Origin: an uncultured Clostridia bacterium
GTDB taxonomy: Bacteria; Bacillota; Clostridia; TANB77; CAG-508
DNA: 64,000 bases
NCBI GenBank assembly: GCA_947589645.1
Contig: CANQCG010000002.1
Location: forward strand, 6,018-70,017
Direction: 5' to 3'
In this document: in pieces, positions 1 to 9,431 of the stretch
How positions within the stretch are numbered: the first letter of the stretch is position 1
How the letters are laid out: every line of letters begins with the position of its first letter
Translations under genes and position numbers: made by a program
Notes under the pieces: model-generated
What the model saw: the letters and a program-made list of their open reading frames with translations, nothing else
Told to the model about the DNA's origin: nothing
The model's database searches: none

Positions 1-301
1 GTCCTGCAAATCCAATATCAACTTGATTTGATAAAACTGCTGTCATAACATTGTCTGCTCCTTGACCAGTTGTTAAATCTAATTTTAGCCCTTCATCTTC
101 AAAATATCCAGCAGCTATTGCTACGTATTGTGGCGAATAAAATACAGAACGGGTTACTTCACTGACAGATATAGTTTTTAACTCTTTTGAAGAATCACCA
201 TCTTGCATCGATGTTCCAGTTCCTCTAACTATTGCAATAACAGCTATTATAGCAACTATTACTACAGCAATAATAAGAATTACGGTATTTTTTCTTGTCA
301 T
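1..301 (-). CDS. ABC transporter substrate-binding protein (NitT/TauT, NMT1/SsuA-like); only the 5' part is present and the gene runs off the window
   Basis: ATG at 301 reverse-translates to MTRKNTVILIIAVVIVAIIAVIAIVRGTGTSMQDGDSSKE... (membrane anchor/signal, then binding-protein-like sequence). It overlaps the permease stop (298-300) in an ATGA arrangement. It is the third gene of an ATPase-permease-SBP operon. Confidence 0.6.
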   Translation of the reverse strand, partial: MTRKNTVILIIAVVIVAIIAVIAIVRGTGTSMQDGDSSKELKTISVSEVTRSVFYSPQYVAIAAGYFEDEGLKLDLTTGQGADNVMTAVLSNQVDIGFAG

Positions 302-1095
302 TTTTTTAATCCTTTCCTTACTAGAATAATCTTTTCTAATAATATAACTGATAAATACATTAGACCTGCTACTATTCCTAAAATAATTACACTACTCATT
401 ACTAAATCTAGTTTAAATACTTGACCTCCATAAGTAATTAAATAACCAAGTCCTGCCTTAGAGATTAGGAATTCTCCTGATATAACACCGACTAAAGATA
501 AACCTATATTTATTTTTAACGAATTAATAAATGTAGATATATTTGCTGGAATTACTATTTTAGTCAGAATTTGAAATTTACTACTGTTAAAGGTTTTTGC
601 CATTTTTATTAAATCTTTATCTGTATTTATAAAACCATTTAGAATATCTAAAATGGTAACTATTAAGGAAATTGCTATTGCCATTACGATAATAGCTTTA
701 GTACCAGCTCCAACCCAAATTATTATTATTGGGCCTAATGCAACTTTAGGTAAACTATTTAATATAACCAAATATGGTTCAGATACTTTAGAAATAAACT
801 TTGACCACCATAGTATTATTGCAATGAAAAATCCCATGAATGTTCCTAATAAAAAGCCTATAATTGTTTCATATACTGTAACTTTGATATGTCCTAGTAA
901 ATTGTTTGAAGAAAAATTTATAAATGTTTTTAATATTCTACTTGGACTACTTGTTATAAAACTATCTATCCAACCATTGTTTGCACCTATTTCCCATATT
1001 CCTAAAAATAATACTAAAATTAGAATTTGGCCACCTAAAACTAAAAATTTTTCTACTTTAACTTGCCTTAAATATTTTTTTCTTTCTTCACTCAT
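298..1095 (-). CDS. ABC transporter permease (nitrate/sulfonate/taurine NitT/TauT family)
   Basis: 265-aa multi-TM ORF with a BPD-transporter-type EAA loop region (…LIKMAKTFNSSKFQILTKIVIPA…). It overlaps the upstream ATPase gene. Confidence 0.85.
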   Translation of the reverse strand: MSEERKKYLRQVKVEKFLVLGGQILILVLFLGIWEIGANNGWIDSFITSSPSRILKTFINFSSNNLLGHIKVTVYETIIGFLLGTFMGFFIAIILWWSKFISKVSEPYLVILNSLPKVALGPIIIIWVGAGTKAIIVMAIAISLIVTILDILNGFINTDKDLIKMAKTFNSSKFQILTKIVIPANISTFINSLKINIGLSLVGVISGEFLISKAGLGYLITYGGQVFKLDLVMSSVIILGIVAGLMYLSVILLEKIILVRKGLKK

Positions 1096-1855
1096 CTACA
1101 CCCAACTCCCTCCAAAGAGTATTAAAGTATTCACTAAAGTTTGTTGTTTCTCTGCAATTTAAAGGTGTTCTAGTTTCTACATTGAATTCTATATTATGAA
1201 TACTTTTTATTGTTCCTGGCCTTTTACTTAATACTACTACTCTATCTGCCATGCTTATCGCTTCGGAAATATCATGTGTTACCATAATTGTAGTTATTTT
1301 TTCTTTTCTTAGAATTTTGTAAATATCTACTGTAACCTTTATTCTAGTTTGATAGTCTAAAGCAGAAAATGCCTCATCTAATAAAAGTATTGTAGGTTTT
1401 ATAGCAAGAGTTCTTATTAATGCTGCTCTTTGCCTCATGCCTCCTGAAAGTTGATTTGGAAATTTATCTTTAAATTCATATAAACCATATTTCTTTAGTA
1501 AGCCTTCAGCATATTCTATATTTTCTTTGTTCTTTATTTTCTTTATTTCTAAACCTAGCATAATGTTGTTATATATTGTTCTCCATTCTAGTAAGCAGTC
1601 TTTTTGTAGCATATATCCTATTTCTGATGATATTCCTTCAATTTTTTTATTTTCTATATAAATTTCTCCTTCTGTTTTTTCTTCTAACCCTGCAATTACT
1701 GATAATAATGTAGATTTACCACAACCACTTGGTCCGATTATACTTATAAATTCTCCCTTTTTGACTTTTAAATTTATATTCTTTATTGCTATTGTCTCAC
1801 CATTTTTGTGTTGATACTTTTTACTAATGTTTTTTATTTCTAGTATTTCATCCAT
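1088..1855 (-). CDS. ABC transporter ATP-binding protein (NitT/TauT family)
   Basis: Walker A GPSGCGKST, signature LSGGMRQR and Walker B LLLDEAFSALD. The ATG at 1855 follows GAGGTGG; the GTG at 1864 in the ORF track is probably part of the RBS. Confidence 0.9.
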   Translation of the reverse strand: MDEILEIKNISKKYQHKNGETIAIKNINLKVKKGEFISIIGPSGCGKSTLLSVIAGLEEKTEGEIYIENKKIEGISSEIGYMLQKDCLLEWRTIYNNIMLGLEIKKIKNKENIEYAEGLLKKYGLYEFKDKFPNQLSGGMRQRAALIRTLAIKPTILLLDEAFSALDYQTRIKVTVDIYKILRKEKITTIMVTHDISEAISMADRVVVLSKRPGTIKSIHNIEFNVETRTPLNCRETTNFSEYFNTLWRELGVDE

Positions 1856-2037
1856 ATGTACCACCTCTATAATTTACCTTGATATATATTATGTAGAATT
1901 GTTATTTTAGTGATGGCAAATACTAAAGTTTTTGCAAGATATAATTTTAAGTTTCTTATTTATTTCTTATAAAATCTTAACAGCTTGTAAAACTTAAATC
2001 TATATTTTTTAAATCGAAATATTAAAAAAAGAATTGG

Positions 2038-2152
2038 TATATATTTCTTCCTATGATTCAATGCTTTTTTCATTATGAAATAGATAATTTTATGTAAATT
2101 CTACGATTTCATGATGAAAAAAGCATTAAATCACTACAAGAAAATATATTTA
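2038..2152. repeat. Dispersed intergenic hairpin repeat, copy 1 (module A only)
   Basis: TGATTCAATGCTTTTTTCAT…ATGAAAAAAGCATTAAATCA inverted repeat. It is near-identical to 53819-53900 and to the reverse complement of 27090-27170. Confidence 0.8.
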
Positions 2153-2166
2153 CCTCCTTGAGCACA

Positions 2167-2206
2167 CATAAAAATAACCTATGCAAATTATTAATTTTGC
2201 ATAGGG
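2167..2206 (-). terminator. Rho-independent terminator downstream of the COG0523 GTPase gene
   Basis: CCTATGCAAA…TTTGCATAGG stem, followed on the minus strand by TTATTTTTA. Confidence 0.65.
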
Positions 2207-2265
2207 TTGATTTCTTTCTTATTATAAAACAAATTCATTACCAAATGATAAAGTTGATTTAAATT

Positions 2266-3561
2266 TTATTTTTCAATGCAATTATCTAAAGCTTCTATAA
2301 TTTGTTTTTTGTCCATATCTCTACCAATAAAAACTAGTTTTACCATTCTATCTCCATAGGTTTCATCCCAATCTTTTCTGATGTCAGGATTGTTTTCTAA
2401 TATTTCTTGAAGTTCAGCTTTTGGAGAGACTGCAAACCACTCTCCTCCATCGCTTAAAGTTACTTGTTTTCCAGCTTGTTCAAATATATATGACATATCT
2501 GGCTCATCACTAAACCATACTAAACCTTTACACCTTATTATATTTCTTGGTAAATTATTTGCAAAATCTATAAATTTCTTTCTATTTAAAGAAGGTCTTC
2601 TGTAGTATACAAATGAACTTATGCCATATTCTTCTGTTTCAGATTCGTGGTGGTGATGATGATGTCCATGTCCGTGTTCATGTTCTTCATGATTATGATT
2701 ATGGGCGTTGTCATGGTCATGCTCATCTTCATCATGTTCGTGGTCATGGTCATGCTCATCTTCATCATGTTCGTGGTCATGGTCGTGTTCGTCTTCTTCG
2801 TCATCCTCGTCCTCGTCTTCGTCTACATCTACATCTCTATTTAATTCTTCTAACCAGCCTGCTGAAGTTGCTGCTTCCTCGAAATCAAATAAATTAGTAT
2901 TAAGAATTTTTTCTACTGGAACTACGCCAAAGTTTGCTTCGATTATTTCAGCTTTTGGTTGCAATTTTCTAATAATTGCTTTTACTCTTGCAAGCTCTTC
3001 TTTGCTTACTTCATCAGTTTTGTTTAGAATAATTATGTTACAAAATTCTATTTGTTGAATAATTAAGTTCTCAATATCTTCTTCATCTAAATCTTCTTTT
3101 TCTACTAAATTATCTCCACATTCAAATTCAGTAACCAATCTTAAACTATCTACAACAGATACAACATTGTCTAGTCTACAAATTTTTGGCAAGCCATATT
3201 GTTCAGTTGACTCTGAAAGTACAGTAATTGTTTGGGCAATTGGAATTGGCTCACAGATACCACTAGCTTCAATTAAGATGTAGTCAAATTTCTGCATTTT
3301 GATAATGTCTACGATTTGTTGCATTAAGTCTACCTTTAAAGTACAACAAATACAACCATTACTCAAGGCAACTAAGCTGTTATCTTTCTCTGTTACTACT
3401 CCTCCTCTTTGAATTAAATTTGCATCTATATTTACTTCTCCAATGTCATTTACAATTACAGCTACTTTATAGCCTTTTTGGTTATTTAAAATATGATTTA
3501 TAAGAGTTGTTTTCCCAGCTCCTAAATATCCCGTAAGTAATGTGATAGGTACTATTTTCAT
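2266..3561 (-). CDS. CobW/COG0523-family G3E GTPase (putative zinc metallochaperone, ZigA/YciC-like) with a long His/Asp/Glu-rich insert
   Basis: N-terminal GYLGAGKTTL P-loop, CICCT (CxCC) metal motif and a CobW C-terminal domain. The insert reads …DEHDHDHEHDEDEHDHDHEHDEDEHDHDNAHNHNHEEHEHGHGHHHHHH…. Confidence 0.85.
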   Translation of the reverse strand: MKIVPITLLTGYLGAGKTTLINHILNNQKGYKVAVIVNDIGEVNIDANLIQRGGVVTEKDNSLVALSNGCICCTLKVDLMQQIVDIIKMQKFDYILIEASGICEPIPIAQTITVLSESTEQYGLPKICRLDNVVSVVDSLRLVTEFECGDNLVEKEDLDEEDIENLIIQQIEFCNIIILNKTDEVSKEELARVKAIIRKLQPKAEIIEANFGVVPVEKILNTNLFDFEEAATSAGWLEELNRDVDVDEDEDEDDEEDEHDHDHEHDEDEHDHDHEHDEDEHDHDNAHNHNHEEHEHGHGHHHHHHESETEEYGISSFVYYRRPSLNRKKFIDFANNLPRNIIRCKGLVWFSDEPDMSYIFEQAGKQVTLSDGGEWFAVSPKAELQEILENNPDIRKDWDETYGDRMVKLVFIGRDMDKKQIIEALDNCIEK

Positions 3562-3646
3562 TAAAATCCTTCCTTTAATCTTTAAGTTTTTTGATTTTAT
3601 TATTATTTACTTATATGCTTAAGTTTTTAATCTTATCATTGTTTAC

Positions 3647-4834
3647 TTAAATTAATGCTTTTGTTTGTCTAGCTATCATTAATTCTTCATTCGTTGGAAT
3701 TAAGTAAACTTTAACTTTAGAATCATGTGTTGATAATTCTTTTTCTTCTCCTCTTATATTGTTTCTATCAATATCAAGCTTTACTCCCATAAACTCTAAG
3801 TTTTTGCAGATACCTTCTCTTATATGAATTTGATTCTCTCCAATTCCACCTGTAAATACTATGGCGTCCATTCCACCCATCGCAACTGCACATTTTGCAA
3901 CATAAGCTGCTACTTCGTAATTGAAGTGATTTACAGCCATTCTTGCTTTTTCGTTTCCGTCATTTGATGCATTTTCAATTTCTCTAAAGTCAGGAGCTAA
4001 ACCACTTATTCCTTGTAAGCCTGATTGTTTATTTAGCATATTTTCTACTTGTTCTGCAGATAAATTTTCTTTTTTCATCATAAATGTTACTACTGAAGGG
4101 TCCATATCTCCGCTTCTTGTTACCATAGGTATTCCTCCAAGTGGTGTAACACCCATACTTGTCTCTACTGATTTTCCACCATCAACTGCACATAAACTTG
4201 CACCTTGGCCTAAATGACAAGTTACAATTTTTAAATCTTTTATATCTTTTCCTAAAATTTCTGCTAGTCTGTTTGCAACATACATATGTGATGTACCATG
4301 AAAACCATATTTTCTTATTCCATATTTTTCATAAAATCTATATGGTATTGGGTATATATATCTTTCTTGTGGTATTGTTTGATGGAATGCTGTATCTACT
4401 ACAACTACCATTGGTTTTCCTGGCATTACTCTTTTGCAAGCTTCTATTCCTGAAATTCCTCCTGGATTATGTAGAGGAGCTAAATCAATAACATCATTTA
4501 GCATTTGTAGTACGTTGTCGTCTATAAGCATTGGCTTTATTATTTTTTCTCCACCATTTACTATTCTATGCCCTATTGCACTTATTTCATCTAAGCTATC
4601 AATTACTTTATATTCTGGGTTTACTAATTGTTTTAATGTAAAATCTATAGCTTCTTCATGATTCATAGCTGGATGATCTATTTGATGTTTTGCTCCATTT
4701 ACTTTATGTGTTATAAATGCTTCTTGCTCTCCTATTCTTTCATATTTTCCTGAAGCTATAACTTCTTCATTTTCCATATTTATTAATTGATATTTAAGTG
4801 ATGAACTTCCACAATTTAAAACTAATATTTTCAT
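3647..4834 (-). CDS. ackA: Acetate kinase
   Basis: MKILVLNCGSSSLKYQL… N-terminus and full-length similarity to AckA. It lies next to pta. Confidence 0.95.
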   Translation of the reverse strand: MKILVLNCGSSSLKYQLINMENEEVIASGKYERIGEQEAFITHKVNGAKHQIDHPAMNHEEAIDFTLKQLVNPEYKVIDSLDEISAIGHRIVNGGEKIIKPMLIDDNVLQMLNDVIDLAPLHNPGGISGIEACKRVMPGKPMVVVVDTAFHQTIPQERYIYPIPYRFYEKYGIRKYGFHGTSHMYVANRLAEILGKDIKDLKIVTCHLGQGASLCAVDGGKSVETSMGVTPLGGIPMVTRSGDMDPSVVTFMMKKENLSAEQVENMLNKQSGLQGISGLAPDFREIENASNDGNEKARMAVNHFNYEVAAYVAKCAVAMGGMDAIVFTGGIGENQIHIREGICKNLEFMGVKLDIDRNNIRGEEKELSTHDSKVKVYLIPTNEELMIARQTKALI

Positions 4835-4943
4835 TTTTTAAAATCCTTTCTTATTTATTATATTCTGATTTGCATATTAATAATTTACATTATTGAAATT
4901 TGCAATATTTCAATATGTATCATAGTTGCTATTATTTTAGTTA

Positions 4944-5945
4944 TTAGTAATTGCCTTGAGCCTGAACTGCTGTAATTGCCACAACTCCTGCAATATCTTC
5001 TTTTGAGCATCCTCTTGATAAATCATTTACAGGTTTTGCAATACCTTGGCAAAGTGGTCCATAAGCCTCTGCTTTGGCTAATCTTTGTACTAATTTATAA
5101 CCTATATTTCCAGCTCCTAAATCTGGGAATACTAATATGTTTGCATTTCCTTTTAATGGGCTATTCTTCGCTTTTAATTCAGCGACCTCTGGTATTATGG
5201 CTGCATCTAATTGTAATTCTCCATCTACTAATAAACTTGGCATTTTCTCTTTTACTAGATTTGTTGCATCTATTACTTTTTGAGTCGCATCTGATTTGGC
5301 ACTTCCATAAGTAGAGTAAGATAGCATTGCAATTCTAGGGTCATTTCCTACTAATTGTTTAAAACTCTTACTTGAAGATATAGCAATTTCTGATAATGCC
5401 TCACTATCAGGTTGTTCGTTTAAACCAGAATCAGCAAATATAAAGGTCCCATTTTCTCCATACTTGCAATCTGGTACTACCATTACAAAGAATGCTGATA
5501 CTAGCTTTGTTTCTGGTGCAGTTTTAAGTATTTGAAGTGCTGGCCTTAATGTATCTGCTGTTGAATGTGCAGCTCCTGATACTAAACCATCTGCTTCATC
5601 TTGTTTTACCATCATCATTCCAAAGTAAACAGGATTTTTAATTAACTCTTGTGCTTGCTCTAAAGTCATTCCTTTATTTTTTCTAAGCTCATATAAAGAA
5701 TTTGCATATGCTTCACTTTTTTCAGATGTTAATGGACTTACTATTTTTGCCCCTTCAATGTTTAAATTATTTTCTTTTGCTTTGGCTAAAATTTCTGCTT
5801 CTTCTCCAATTAATATAATTTTTGCATATCCTTCTGCTAATACTGTTTCTGTTGCTTGCAATACTCTAATATCTGTTGCTTCTGGAAGGACTATTGTTTT
5901 TAAATCTTTTTTTGCTCTAGTTTTGATTTGTTCAATAAAAGACAT
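4944..5945 (-). CDS. pta: Phosphate acetyltransferase
   Basis: 333-aa PTA_PTB-type sequence (…SGAAHSTADTLRPALQI…, …DLSRGCS…). It forms a pta-ackA pair. Confidence 0.93.
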   Translation of the reverse strand: MSFIEQIKTRAKKDLKTIVLPEATDIRVLQATETVLAEGYAKIILIGEEAEILAKAKENNLNIEGAKIVSPLTSEKSEAYANSLYELRKNKGMTLEQAQELIKNPVYFGMMMVKQDEADGLVSGAAHSTADTLRPALQILKTAPETKLVSAFFVMVVPDCKYGENGTFIFADSGLNEQPDSEALSEIAISSSKSFKQLVGNDPRIAMLSYSTYGSAKSDATQKVIDATNLVKEKMPSLLVDGELQLDAAIIPEVAELKAKNSPLKGNANILVFPDLGAGNIGYKLVQRLAKAEAYGPLCQGIAKPVNDLSRGCSKEDIAGVVAITAVQAQGNY

Positions 5946-6004
5946 TTTATTTCCTCCTTATCAGTTTCATATTATATATAATATTACAATCTAAATCAAG
6001 TGTT

Positions 6005-7726
6005 TTAACCATTTTCTAATTCATCATCTTCTAGTTCTTTATTCAATGTTTGTTTATATTGTACTTCTCGTTTTACCACAGGTTTTTCTCCTTGCTCTAA
6101 CTCATTTAATGGTGGTTTTACTCCCTTCTGTAAATCTTCTAAGAAGCTTTGCCTGTTCGCCATAGATTTTTTTTGCTTTCCTTTTATTTGTGCATCTTGC
6201 ACATCATAACTCAATATACTCGAAAAATTTTTTACATTTTGGGTCAAAGCTTCAAATTGAAAAGAAAAATCTATTAACCCTTTTGCCGCTTTTGTCTTTA
6301 AAAAGCGTGGCTTTAGATTCATTGAAGCTTTACTACTTAATCTTGCTCTATCTAAAGCATCTGCATCTCTTAAGATGGATGTAAGCATTAAAGTAGAATC
6401 AATATCTTGAGGCTCAACTCCATATTTGTTAAGCATTTTTATTGCTTTTTCTTCGTTTCCCTCATGTGCATTAATAACCGCTTTTAATATATTCATATCT
6501 TCTTTACTGTAAGCTTCTCCATTTGAGTGAACTAACTTCTTTTTATCTACTAATTTTACACTTCTTTTGGCATGTGGTCCTTGATTTAAAATTCTACCTA
6601 TATCATGGTAGTATCCAGCTGATGCCAATATATCAAGCATTCTATTATCTAAATTTATTCCTTCTCTTTGAGCAATTATAAATGCTAACATAGTTACTCT
6701 ATCACTATGACTATGCCCATGTATACCTTTTCTTTTTATTGGAGCATTACTATTTAAATCTGACATCTTTTGTTCTAAAAACTTTGCTTCTTTGCTTTGC
6801 CTAAATTCTTGTAAAACTTTAGACATCATTTGCTGGTGTATTCCTTGTCTATTAAGCTCTATAATGCTACTTACATATTTCTTATCTCTTACAGGTTTTT
6901 TGGTATCTGCTTGTCCTTGCTCTATTTCCTTTGTTATTCTAAAAATTTTTGCATTTGGGTTTTCATCTAATTTTTTCTGAGAATTAAACACTCCTCTCAT
7001 AAAATTTTTTATAAAATCTAAACTATTATTTAATGCATACTTTCCCTCTAATTCTGTAACATGTAATATTGTATTAGTTGTATTTCTAATGTTCAAAAAA
7101 TCTTTTTGAGCATAGCCATTATTTTTTTTATATCCTTCAATAGCTTCTAAAAATTCTGATGATGGTTTATACTCATCTCCATCTCTTTGTATTTCTGCCT
7201 CTGTTCTTTCTCTGAATGCAATTTGTTTTTGCCCTTTGTTATCTAAAATTACTGTACCATTTTCGTCTCTTACTAAATCTAATACTAATTGAGTTAGTTT
7301 TGTTCTTTCTTCTGGAATTATGCAATCTCCCTCATGTAAAATTACATTATCAGCTAATCTAGTTTTATAATTTGATAACTCTTCTAACTTTGGTTCCATC
7401 TTTATAGCATATACTATTTGTTCTGGTGCCATTAATATATTTTTGCGAGGATCTGATATTAAATTTTTTAAATAATTTTCTAAATTCGGTATTCCTAAAA
7501 ACATAAAAGCTGCTGACTTTCCATAAGCATTAAGGATACCTTTGCTTGCTCTTATCTTACCACTATCTAAAATTTTATTCCCTACTTCTTTGTTTGGAAC
7601 ACAATGATAAAAGCCTTTCTCTACTGCTATGTTATTTACTTTTTCTGTTAAGTTTAGTCTGACTGTCTTTGCGAGAACTGCTAAAACTGTATTTGGTGCA
7701 AGCAGAATTAAATTCCCTAGCTTCAT
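6005..7726 (-). CDS. HD-domain protein with a large uncharacterised N-terminal region
   Basis: The C-terminal half carries HGHSHSDRV…YYHDIGR…LRDADALDR (HD phosphohydrolase motifs). I do not recognise the first ~330 aa. Confidence 0.6.
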   Translation of the reverse strand: MKLGNLILLAPNTVLAVLAKTVRLNLTEKVNNIAVEKGFYHCVPNKEVGNKILDSGKIRASKGILNAYGKSAAFMFLGIPNLENYLKNLISDPRKNILMAPEQIVYAIKMEPKLEELSNYKTRLADNVILHEGDCIIPEERTKLTQLVLDLVRDENGTVILDNKGQKQIAFRERTEAEIQRDGDEYKPSSEFLEAIEGYKKNNGYAQKDFLNIRNTTNTILHVTELEGKYALNNSLDFIKNFMRGVFNSQKKLDENPNAKIFRITKEIEQGQADTKKPVRDKKYVSSIIELNRQGIHQQMMSKVLQEFRQSKEAKFLEQKMSDLNSNAPIKRKGIHGHSHSDRVTMLAFIIAQREGINLDNRMLDILASAGYYHDIGRILNQGPHAKRSVKLVDKKKLVHSNGEAYSKEDMNILKAVINAHEGNEEKAIKMLNKYGVEPQDIDSTLMLTSILRDADALDRARLSSKASMNLKPRFLKTKAAKGLIDFSFQFEALTQNVKNFSSILSYDVQDAQIKGKQKKSMANRQSFLEDLQKGVKPPLNELEQGEKPVVKREVQYKQTLNKELEDDELENG

Positions 7727-7809
7727 TTTCTCCTCCGTGTAATTATTTTTTCATAAATTATATTATCATAATAAAGTTTATAATTCAACGATATAGTATA
7801 ATCTTTTTT

Positions 7810-7839
7810 AAAGCTGATTGCGTAATTGCAATCAGCTTT
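7810..7839. terminator. Hairpin between gerQ-like gene and HD-protein gene (possible bidirectional terminator)
   Basis: AAAGCTGATTGC-gtaatt-GCAATCAGCTTT, flanked by A- and T-runs. Confidence 0.5.
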
Positions 7840-7846
7840 GTTTTCT

Positions 7847-8149
7847 TTAAATTTGAAAATTTTTATCTTGCCTAATGTATGGATTTTGAGAAATTACTAC
7901 AAATTTTATTGCATATATATCACAATAAAGTAAATTTCCGCTTTCAATTGATCTAAGTAATACATAACTTGCTCCAACTTCTTCTAGTATACCAACCCTA
8001 TCCACGATTTCATTTGTTCCGATTAAAAATTCTATTCTTACTAATTTTCCAAGATTTTCTCTTAAAAATGCTGGTGTGTATATATCATTAGTCATTATCT
8101 CTGGTGAATTTGAATCTAATACAATATTTCTTCTATTATTTTCTTCCAT
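7847..8149 (-). CDS. gerQ: Spore coat protein GerQ (YwdL)-like
   Basis: Small ORF directly downstream of a CwlJ-like hydrolase, as in the B. subtilis cwlJ-gerQ operon. The ATG at 8149 follows an AGGAGGAAGGAAA RBS. Confidence 0.55.
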   Translation of the reverse strand: MEENNRRNIVLDSNSPEIMTNDIYTPAFLRENLGKLVRIEFLIGTNEIVDRVGILEEVGASYVLLRSIESGNLLYCDIYAIKFVVISQNPYIRQDKNFQI

Positions 8150-8168
8150 TTTCCTTCCTCCTATTAAA

Positions 8169-8615
8169 TTAAGTTTGAGCATATTTGCTTGTTGGTCTAT
8201 AAAAGCAATGCTCTCCTATTCTAGTATGAAGTGTTCCTGAACCATTATATGGAAAAGTAGGACCACAGTTAGATGCAAAAGGATTTAAAAACCATAAGCA
8301 ATCTCCTACCTCGTTTAATTTATTTCCTGCTAATGCCCAATCAGCTATTTCGTAATGTACATTTGTAGGATTCATATTATATATGTTTTGCCTATTGTAT
8401 CTTCCTCCTATTGTTTCACTAGCGCAGTCAAACTGTCCTCGTTGAAATATAATGTTTCTTATATTTCCGCCTTGAGATATTCTTGAATATTCTCCAGTTG
8501 ATGCATTTACTCTATTTATGATTACTGTTGCAACTGCCTTCATACCATTGTCTCCTTCTCCTCCTGCTTCGCACTGCACAATTCTAGCTAGTAGCTCTCT
8601 ATCAGAATAAGCCAT
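8169..8615 (-). CDS. cwlJ: Spore cortex-lytic enzyme, CwlJ/SleB family (Hydrolase_2 domain)
   Basis: MAYSDRELLARIVQCEAGGEGDNGMKAVATVIINRV… is the typical Hydrolase_2 N-terminus. The size (148 aa) and a gerQ-like neighbour fit. Confidence 0.8.
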   Translation of the reverse strand: MAYSDRELLARIVQCEAGGEGDNGMKAVATVIINRVNASTGEYSRISQGGNIRNIIFQRGQFDCASETIGGRYNRQNIYNMNPTNVHYEIADWALAGNKLNEVGDCLWFLNPFASNCGPTFPYNGSGTLHTRIGEHCFYRPTSKYAQT

Positions 8616-8736
8616 AATAAAAACACCTCACAATATTATATTCTAATAATAATATAAGGTGTTTATTGTAAACTATTTTAATTTCGCAATTAGAGCTTTT
8701 TAAATTCTTTGATTTAAAGACAAGGGTTATTAGAAC

Positions 8737-9390
8737 TTATTTTAATTTCGCAATTAGGGCTTTTATTTTAATTCCTTGATTTGAAAACATCGTCTCATGT
8801 TCAGTTTCTATGTTTTCTAAACAATTTTCACTGTGTAAATCATAAGTTTTCTTAATAATTTCAAAGCCACTTTCTTCAAAATATGTCAGGCTAGCTTCAA
8901 ATAGAGCATCATCATCTGTTTTAAAATAAACCTCACCATTTGGTTTTAAAAATTGTTTATACTTTTCTAATTGTCTTGTATGTGTTAAACGTTTTTTTCT
9001 ATGTTTTCCTTTGGGCCAAGGGTTGCAAAAATTAATATAAATTCTATCTATTGCATCTTTTTTATCTAATATTAATAATATTCTATCTATGTCGAATCTT
9101 GTAATTAAAACATTATTTATTTCTTTACCATTATATGCTTCTTCGATTTTTCTTTTTGCTAGACCAAGCATTGCATCAACTAAATCTATAGCTATGTAAT
9201 TAATTTCTGGGTGCTTTACAGCAATTTGTGATATAAATCCTCCCTTGCCACATCCTAATTCTAAATGTAATGGTTTGCTAGAATCTGCAAATTGCTCTCT
9301 CCACTTTCCTTTTAATTTTTCAGGCTCTAATACATAAAAGCTACTTGCTTCTAATTCTGCTCTTGCCCATGGTTTAAATCTTATTCTCAT
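8737..9390 (-). CDS. trmB: tRNA (guanine46-N7)-methyltransferase
   Basis: 217 aa with the SAM-binding motif LELGCGKGGF and a TrmB-like C-terminus. Confidence 0.88.
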   Translation of the reverse strand: MRIRFKPWARAELEASSFYVLEPEKLKGKWREQFADSSKPLHLELGCGKGGFISQIAVKHPEINYIAIDLVDAMLGLAKRKIEEAYNGKEINNVLITRFDIDRILLILDKKDAIDRIYINFCNPWPKGKHRKKRLTHTRQLEKYKQFLKPNGEVYFKTDDDALFEASLTYFEESGFEIIKKTYDLHSENCLENIETEHETMFSNQGIKIKALIAKLK

Positions 9391-9431
9391 TTTTAAATCT
9401 AACTTGTTCCCCTTTCTTTATTAATGCGTAT

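Noticed and set aside
653-1162. 169-aa plus-strand ORF and many similar 60-140-aa ORFs antisense to long minus-strand genes (e.g. 4159-4491, 15697-16128, 45367-45768, 51057-51482, 52512-52910)
   Set aside because: These are shadow ORFs typical of AT-rich genomes. They are hydrophobic or low in complexity, lack an RBS, and are fully embedded in well-supported genes on the other strand.
2613-3058. Plus-strand ORFs rich in His/Arg, Met/Val/Phe or Ser/Cys (94, 65 and 116 aa), plus a minus-strand Met/Thr-rich 61-aa ORF, inside the cobW-like gene
   Set aside because: They are alternative-frame or antisense readings of the GAT/CAT/GAA codon repeats encoding the His/Asp/Glu tract. They have no RBS and no independent support.
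3562-3646. Zur box upstream of the COG0523 GTPase gene
   Set aside because: No palindrome resembling the Firmicute Zur consensus (…TCGTAAT.ATTACGA…) is visible. Zinc regulation is therefore left as unproven.
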